From assembly GCF_028368995.1 (NCBI RefSeq), contig NZ_JAQNDL010000001.1:256001-320000 (forward strand): a DNA stretch of 64,000 nucleotides, given 5' to 3'. Below, piece by piece: positions 58,689 to 64,000 of this stretch; positions within the stretch are counted from its first letter, which is position 1; the number at the start of each line of letters is the position of its first letter. The position numbers and the translations under genes are program-made. The stretch comes from Nannocystis bainbridge. GTDB lineage: Bacteria; Myxococcota_A; Polyangia; Nannocystales; Nannocystaceae. The notes below the pieces were generated by a model. It saw only the letters and a list, made by a program, of their open reading frames with translations. It searched no databases and had not been told where the DNA came from.

Positions 58689-61439
58689 GTGACACTCTCC
58701 GATGCTCCTGCCATGACCCCGACCTGGCGCGAGAGCCTGGAACGCGTCTGCGCGGCCGTCGTCTCGGTCCGGATCGACGCCCCGCGCCCCTTCGACACCG
58801 AGTGGAACGGCAGCTCCCAGGCCACTGCGTTCGTCGTCGACGCCGAGCAAGGCCTCCTGCTCAGCAACCGCCACGTCGTCCAGCCCGGCCCCGTGGTCGC
58901 CGAGGCGGTCTTCCTCAACCACGAGGAGATCCCGCTGCGACCGGTCTACCGCGACCCGGTCCACGACTTCGGGTTCTTCCGCTACGACCCCACGGCCCTG
59001 CGCTTCATCCGGCCGCCGGCGCTGCGCCTGCGCCCCGACAAGGCCCTCGTCGGCACCGAGCTGCGCGTGGTCGGCAACGACGCCGGCGAGAAGCTCTCCA
59101 TCCTCGCCGGCACGCTCGCCCGCGTCGATCGCCCGGCGCCGCTCTATGGGTCGAGCAAGTACAACGATTTCAATACCTTTTACCTGCAGGCTGCAAGCGG
59201 AGCGTCAGGTGGATCTTCCGGCTCTCCGGTGGTCGACATCGAGGGCGACGTCATCGCCCTCAACGCCGGCAGCCGGACCCAGGCCGCCTCGAGCTTCTTC
59301 CTCCCGCTCGAGCGAGTGCTGCGCGCCTTCGAGCTGCTGCGTGCGGGTCAGCCGATCTCGCGCGGCACCTTGATGACGACTTTCTCGTACACCCCGTTCG
59401 ACGAGCTGGCGCGCCTCGGCCTCCGCCCCGAGACCGAGCAGGTCTGCCGCGCCGCCGACCCGGGCGGCATCGGCCTGCTCATCGTCGACAAGCTGATCCC
59501 CGGCGGCCCGACCGACAACCTGCTCGAGCCGGGTGACATCCTCCTGCGCGTCGAGGGCGAGTTCATCCCCCGCTTCGTCCCGCTCGAGGCCCGCCTCGAC
59601 GCCTCGGTCGGCCAGACCATCACCCTCGAGCTCGAGCGCGGCGGCCGGCCCCTCACCATCCGCGCCAAGGTCCACGACCTCCACGCCGTCTCCCCCAGCA
59701 CCTATCTCGAGGTTGGCGGCGCGATCCTCCACGACCTCTCCTACCAGCGGGCCCGCAACCCCCAGGTTCCCCTGACCGGCGTGTACCTCGCCAACAGCGG
59801 CTACCTGTTCTCGCCCCTCGACCTCGACCGCGGCGCCGTGGTCCGCGCCATCGCCGGCGTGCCGACGCCGGATCTGGCGGCCGCCGAGGCCGTCCTCGGC
59901 AACTTGCCGCACGCGGCACCCTTCATGGTCCGCTGGATCGACCTCGACCAGCCGACCCGCGAGCACGTCACCGTCCTCACCATGGACCGGCGGTGGTTCG
60001 CCATGACCCGCTCGACCCGCGACGACGCCTCGGGGCGCTGGCCGTCGGCCGAGGCCCCGCCGCCCCCGGCACCTCCGGTGCGCACGCCGGTCACCACCAA
60101 CCTGCCGCCCTCCGACGACATCCGGGTGCAGCAGGTCCAGCCCTCGCTGGTCACGGTCACCTGCAACATCCCGTTCAAGATCGACGGCATCCACGCCACC
60201 CGCTTCGTCGGCGCCGGCCTGGTCGTCGACGCCAAGCGCGGGCTCGTGCTCGTCGACCGCAACACCGTCCCGATCGCGCTCGCCGACATCACCCTCACCG
60301 TCGCCGGCGCGGTCGAGATCCCCGGCGAGATCGCCTTCCTCCATCCGCACCACAACTACGCCCTCGTCGCGTACGACCCGGCCCTCCTCGGCGACACGCC
60401 GATCCGCGCCGTCGACCTCGCCCCGCGCCCGCTCCACCCCGGCGATCCGGTGTGGCTCGTCGGGCTCAAGTCGGGCCACCGCGTGTTCGCCCAGAGCACC
60501 GCCGTCGCAGCCGTCGAGGCCGTCGACTTGCCGCTGCCGCGCCCGCCCCGGTTCCGCGCCATGAACCTCGAGCGGATCTCTCTCACCAGCGCCACCGCCT
60601 CGCTTGGCGGCGCCATCGTCGACAGCGAGGCCCGCGTGCTCGCGCTGTGGGCCGGCTTCTCCTACCAGGACGGCAAGGACCACCGCGTCGCCGAGTACGG
60701 CATCGCCGCCGACCTGTTCGCCGAGGCCGTCGAGATCTTCCGCCGCGGCGAGTCGCCGATCGTCTGCGACCTCGGGGTCGAGTTCGGCACCGTCACCCTC
60801 GCCGAGGCGCGTCACCGCGGCCTGTCCCCAGAGGCAGCCGCCGAGCTCGAGGGCCACGACCCGCTGCGCCGCCAGGTGCTCGTCGTCCAGCGCCTGGCCG
60901 CGTTCGCCCGCGGCTGGCAAGCGGGCGACCTGGTCCTTCGGGCAGGTGGCGCCGCCGTCACCTCGGTCCGCGAGATCGAGCGATCGCTGCGCGGCGGGCG
61001 GGTCACCGTCCGCCTGCTGCGCGACGGCCGGGAGCTCGACCTCGAGGTCGAGACCCGCCCCGACGACGGCCGCGGCACCGACCGCGTGCTCCACTGGGCC
61101 GGCGCGCTGCTGCAGGCCCCGCACCACGCCGCGCTGATCCAGCGCGCCGTCCCCGACGAGGGCGTGTACATCTCGCTCTACTGGTACGGCTCGCCCGCCA
61201 GCCGCTCGCGCCTCCGCGCCGCCCGCCGGATCGTCGCCGCCGAGGACCGCCCCACCCCCGACATCGACAGCTTCCTCGCCGCCGTCGCCGGCAAGCCCGA
61301 CCGCGCCTCCGTCCGCCTCAAGACCGTCGACCTCGACGGCAAGGTCGACCTCCTGACCCTCCGCCTCGACCTCGAGTACTTCCCGACCTACGAGCTCCGC
61401 CGCACCGGCGACGGCTGGATCCGCATCGACCACGCCTGA
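58689..61439 (+). CDS. DEG7/Nma111(Ynm3)-type HtrA serine protease (duplicated protease-PDZ-PDZ)
   Basis: SNRHVV (His), YRDPVHDFG (Asp), GGSSGSPV (Ser), VVGNDAGEKLSILAG, YNDFNTFY; second degenerate protease domain (VDRNTVP); C-terminal YGSPA PDZ. Alternative start ATG58713. Confidence 0.88.
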   Translation: MTLSDAPAMTPTWRESLERVCAAVVSVRIDAPRPFDTEWNGSSQATAFVVDAEQGLLLSNRHVVQPGPVVAEAVFLNHEEIPLRPVYRDPVHDFGFFRYDPTALRFIRPPALRLRPDKALVGTELRVVGNDAGEKLSILAGTLARVDRPAPLYGSSKYNDFNTFYLQAASGASGGSSGSPVVDIEGDVIALNAGSRTQAASSFFLPLERVLRAFELLRAGQPISRGTLMTTFSYTPFDELARLGLRPETEQVCRAADPGGIGLLIVDKLIPGGPTDNLLEPGDILLRVEGEFIPRFVPLEARLDASVGQTITLELERGGRPLTIRAKVHDLHAVSPSTYLEVGGAILHDLSYQRARNPQVPLTGVYLANSGYLFSPLDLDRGAVVRAIAGVPTPDLAAAEAVLGNLPHAAPFMVRWIDLDQPTREHVTVLTMDRRWFAMTRSTRDDASGRWPSAEAPPPPAPPVRTPVTTNLPPSDDIRVQQVQPSLVTVTCNIPFKIDGIHATRFVGAGLVVDAKRGLVLVDRNTVPIALADITLTVAGAVEIPGEIAFLHPHHNYALVAYDPALLGDTPIRAVDLAPRPLHPGDPVWLVGLKSGHRVFAQSTAVAAVEAVDLPLPRPPRFRAMNLERISLTSATASLGGAIVDSEARVLALWAGFSYQDGKDHRVAEYGIAADLFAEAVEIFRRGESPIVCDLGVEFGTVTLAEARHRGLSPEAAAELEGHDPLRRQVLVVQRLAAFARGWQAGDLVLRAGGAAVTSVREIERSLRGGRVTVRLLRDGRELDLEVETRPDDGRGTDRVLHWAGALLQAPHHAALIQRAVPDEGVYISLYWYGSPASRSRLRAARRIVAAEDRPTPDIDSFLAAVAGKPDRASVRLKTVDLDGKVDLLTLRLDLEYFPTYELRRTGDGWIRIDHA

Positions 61440-61861
61440 GCCTGTCCCTCGGGACAGGCCATTTCCACATGTCCTGAAGGACAGGCAACCCGGCACGCCC
61501 CGAGCGCTGCCGTGGCACCTGTCTCGAAGGACATCCGCTCGCGGCCAAATCTCGGTGCCGCAGCCATCGACCAGCGCATATGCGGAGCCGCCTGCGTGCT
61601 CGGACAACATGTCCCCGAGGACATCTCATTCCCTCGCGCACCTGCCTCGCGAGCCGACGCGAACATGTCCCAAGGGACACATTCATAATTGCCGAGTTCG
61701 GCCCCGTCGTCGTCACGCGGATCGAACCCCGGGGTCGGGACGAGCCTGTCCCCAGGGACACCTGCTCATCTGCGCGGAGATTTCCCGAACATGTCCTGAC
61801 GGCCACCCGCTCGACCTCGGCCCCGCGCCGCCGTGATGGACATGTCCCGAAGGACATCCCC
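61438..61861. repeat. Cluster of about 8 TGTCC-N4-GGACA dyads
   Basis: Dyads begin at 61438, 61465, 61515, 61605, 61661, 61742, 61787 and 61838. Confidence 0.88.
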
Positions 61862-61991
61862 CTGTGACACCTGAGTCTCCCCGCACGCTCGCGGCCGCGG
61901 CCCGCGGCCCCGTCGCTTCGGCCCCGCCCGTGCTCGCGGCTCGCCCCGTCAACCGCTTCCTCGGCCGACGCATTCCCGCTACGCTGACTCG

Positions 61992-63032
61992 ATGCGGCTC
62001 GCGTTCGTCGTCGGCCTCGGGCTTCTCGGCGCCTGCGTGCCCAGCGATCATCCCCCGTGGCTCGTCGACCACCCGATGCCCTGGGGCATCGTCGCCAGCG
62101 TCGTCGAGCCGGGCGGTTACTCCACCGGGCTCGTCGTCCCCGAAGGTCGCGTGCGAGCCTCCGCCCTCCCGCTCGACACCCTCGAGCTGCAGTGGATCGC
62201 CGCCACGCCGCCCGGCGTCACCGTCCCCCCGCCGATCTGGTTCATCTGTCCCTCCTACTGCGGCGCGCTGCTCGCCGAGCCCCTCCCGACCTGCCCCTTC
62301 CCGTTGCCGCTGGCGATCACCGAAAATTGTCGCCTCGACGAGGGCGAGCGGGTCCGCCTCAGCCTCGGCGGCGCCTATACGGCCGACGAAACCTTCCTCG
62401 GCCACTTCGGCGTCCTGGCCATCACCGGCGACGGCAGCATCGACGCCGAGACCTGCGTGCAGCGGCTCGGCACCATCCCGCGCAGCGGCCTCGAACGCTG
62501 CCTCGTGCAGACGCGCCTCATCGAGCTGGGCCCGCTAGGCCGGCTCCTTACCACCGTGCCCGGCCTCGTGGACGACGACGCCATCGCCGAGTTGCCCGAC
62601 GACCTCGCCGACGAGCCGGCCGACTTCCACCCCGTGCTCGCCGGCGTGCGCGTGCGTCACTTCGGCCGCGGCGGCCTTCAGGAACAGCTCGCCCAGCCCG
62701 GCGACACGATCGAGGTGCGCGTCGACGACATCGTCCACCTCGTGCCCGAGTTCACCGTCGACTCCGAGCAGGACTACTACGAGATCACGCTGTCGTCCGG
62801 CACCCCGCAGCGCCTGTCGGCCATCCTCAAGAGAGAGTGGTTCTTGACCCGGACCGGCATCACCACGCTGGTCGACACCCTCGACCCTCCCGACGCCGAC
62901 AACATCAGCACCTGGCGCGTCCCCGACGAGCCCGAGCCCATCCTCTTCTACTTCTACTCCACCGACATCCGCCAGGGCCGCGCCTTCGCCAGCCTGCGCT
63001 TCGTCGTCGCGGACGCGACCCCCGCGCCATGA
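61992..63032 (+). CDS. Hypothetical Cys-containing lipoprotein
   Basis: GLLGAC lipobox; ATGA overlap with the downstream TBDR. Confidence 0.72.
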   Translation: MRLAFVVGLGLLGACVPSDHPPWLVDHPMPWGIVASVVEPGGYSTGLVVPEGRVRASALPLDTLELQWIAATPPGVTVPPPIWFICPSYCGALLAEPLPTCPFPLPLAITENCRLDEGERVRLSLGGAYTADETFLGHFGVLAITGDGSIDAETCVQRLGTIPRSGLERCLVQTRLIELGPLGRLLTTVPGLVDDDAIAELPDDLADEPADFHPVLAGVRVRHFGRGGLQEQLAQPGDTIEVRVDDIVHLVPEFTVDSEQDYYEITLSSGTPQRLSAILKREWFLTRTGITTLVDTLDPPDADNISTWRVPDEPEPILFYFYSTDIRQGRAFASLRFVVADATPAP

Positions 63033-64000
63033 TCGCCGTCGCGCTCGGCCTCCTCCTCGCCGCCCCTCCGTCGGCCGCGGCGCAAGAACCACATGTCCCT
63101 TCGGACATCTCACCTCGCGACGCCCCGGCCTCTGCTCGACCTGTCCCTTCGACCAGTTCACGCCTCGACGCCCCAACCTCCGCGCGACCTGTCCCTTCGA
63201 CCAGCCGCCTCGAGGCCCGCGGCAGCTTGCGCAGCGCCGGCGAGCGCCAGCCGCTGGTCGGCGCGCGGGTGTTCGCCGGCGGCCGCCGCGGCCCCGCGTG
63301 GACGCGCGAGGCCGTCACCGCCGCCGACGGCAGCTTCGTCCTCGCCGACCTGCCCGCCCTCGACTTCGACTTCATCGTCGTCGCTGCCGGTCACGAGCGC
63401 CTCGAGCAAGCGACCACCGCCGGCTTCTGGCGCCGCCGGCGGCCGCCCGTCGTCTACGTGCAACCGGCGGGCGCGGGCCGCTACCGCACCATCGTCGCCC
63501 AGGAGCGCTACCCCAAACCGAGCCCCTTCAGCGTCCAGCTCGCGCCCGACGAGATCGCCGCGCTGCCCGGCAGCCAGGGCGATCCGCTGCGCGCCCTGCA
63601 GAACCTGCCCGGCGCCGCGCGTGTCCCCGGCGGCCTCGGCCTGCTGATCTTCCGCGGCGCTGCACCCAATCAATCGCAGGTGTTCTTCGGCGAGCACCCC
63701 GTGCCGCGCGCCTTCCACGTGCCCGGCCTCGCCAGCATCGTGCCCGCCGGCGTGCTGTCGGGCCTGCAGTACGTGCCCAGCAACTTCGCCGCCAACTACG
63801 GCAACGCCACCGGCGGCCTCGTCGTCCTCACCCCGCGCGTCGGTCGACGCGACGGCGTGCACGGCCACGCCAAGCTCGACATCATCTCCGCCGGCGCTCT
63901 CGTCGAGGGGCCGATCGGTCGCGGCTCGTTCATGATCGCCGCCCAGCGCGGCTACCTCGACGTCGCCCTCAAGACCGTCGGCCGCCTCGCCTTCGGGAGC
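63029..64000 (+). CDS. TonB-dependent receptor, N-terminal part (3' truncated)
   Basis: Signal peptide; carboxypeptidase-like domain (TAADGSFVLADLP); plug LPGSQGDPLRALQNLPG..LIFRGAAP..FH; YGNATGG. Confidence 0.85.
   Translation, partial: MIAVALGLLLAAPPSAAAQEPHVPSDISPRDAPASARPVPSTSSRLDAPTSARPVPSTSRLEARGSLRSAGERQPLVGARVFAGGRRGPAWTREAVTAADGSFVLADLPALDFDFIVVAAGHERLEQATTAGFWRRRRPPVVYVQPAGAGRYRTIVAQERYPKPSPFSVQLAPDEIAALPGSQGDPLRALQNLPGAARVPGGLGLLIFRGAAPNQSQVFFGEHPVPRAFHVPGLASIVPAGVLSGLQYVPSNFAANYGNATGGLVVLTPRVGRRDGVHGHAKLDIISAGALVEGPIGRGSFMIAAQRGYLDVALKTVGRLAFGS

Noticed and set aside
61438-61861. CRISPR array
   Set aside because: Repeats are short and degenerate, spacing is irregular (27-90 bp), there are no cas genes, and the same motif is scattered through coding regions.

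Overview
Very GC-rich bacterial chromosomal DNA with about 47 protein-coding genes. It is most consistent with a myxobacterium of the Nannocystis/Nannocystaceae type (inference from Thr/Gly/Asp-rich lipoprotein linkers, MYXO-CTERM-like tails, Cys-rich modules and Hanks-type kinases). Contents in order: a cobalamin/iron-type uptake cluster (TonB-dependent receptor, two beta-propeller lipoproteins, binding protein, permease); FabH; KptA; two CAP proteins; DUF4159 plus a membrane partner; a proteostasis-like block (orphan GroES, two beta-barrel-fused SppA, M16 protease, TerB, MutS2); a 9-gene Mrp/Mnh antiporter operon; a VIT-vWA lipoprotein; two Ser/Thr kinases (one probably a pseudokinase); phosphomutase; SpeE; two QExxH zincin-like surface proteins; PPase; a GT-C-type membrane protein; a eukaryote-type DEG7/Nma111 HtrA protease; and a second TonB-dependent receptor. 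I see no rRNA, tRNA, CRISPR array or transposase. The strongest unexplained signal is a dispersed palindromic DNA motif, (A)CMTGTCC-N4-GGACAKG(T), often chained at an exact 14-bp period. By eye it occurs at roughly 40 or more loci: as arrays between convergent genes, written into conserved coding sequence through rare codons, and as in-frame peptide repeats. Family assignments come from motif recognition by eye, not from database searches.
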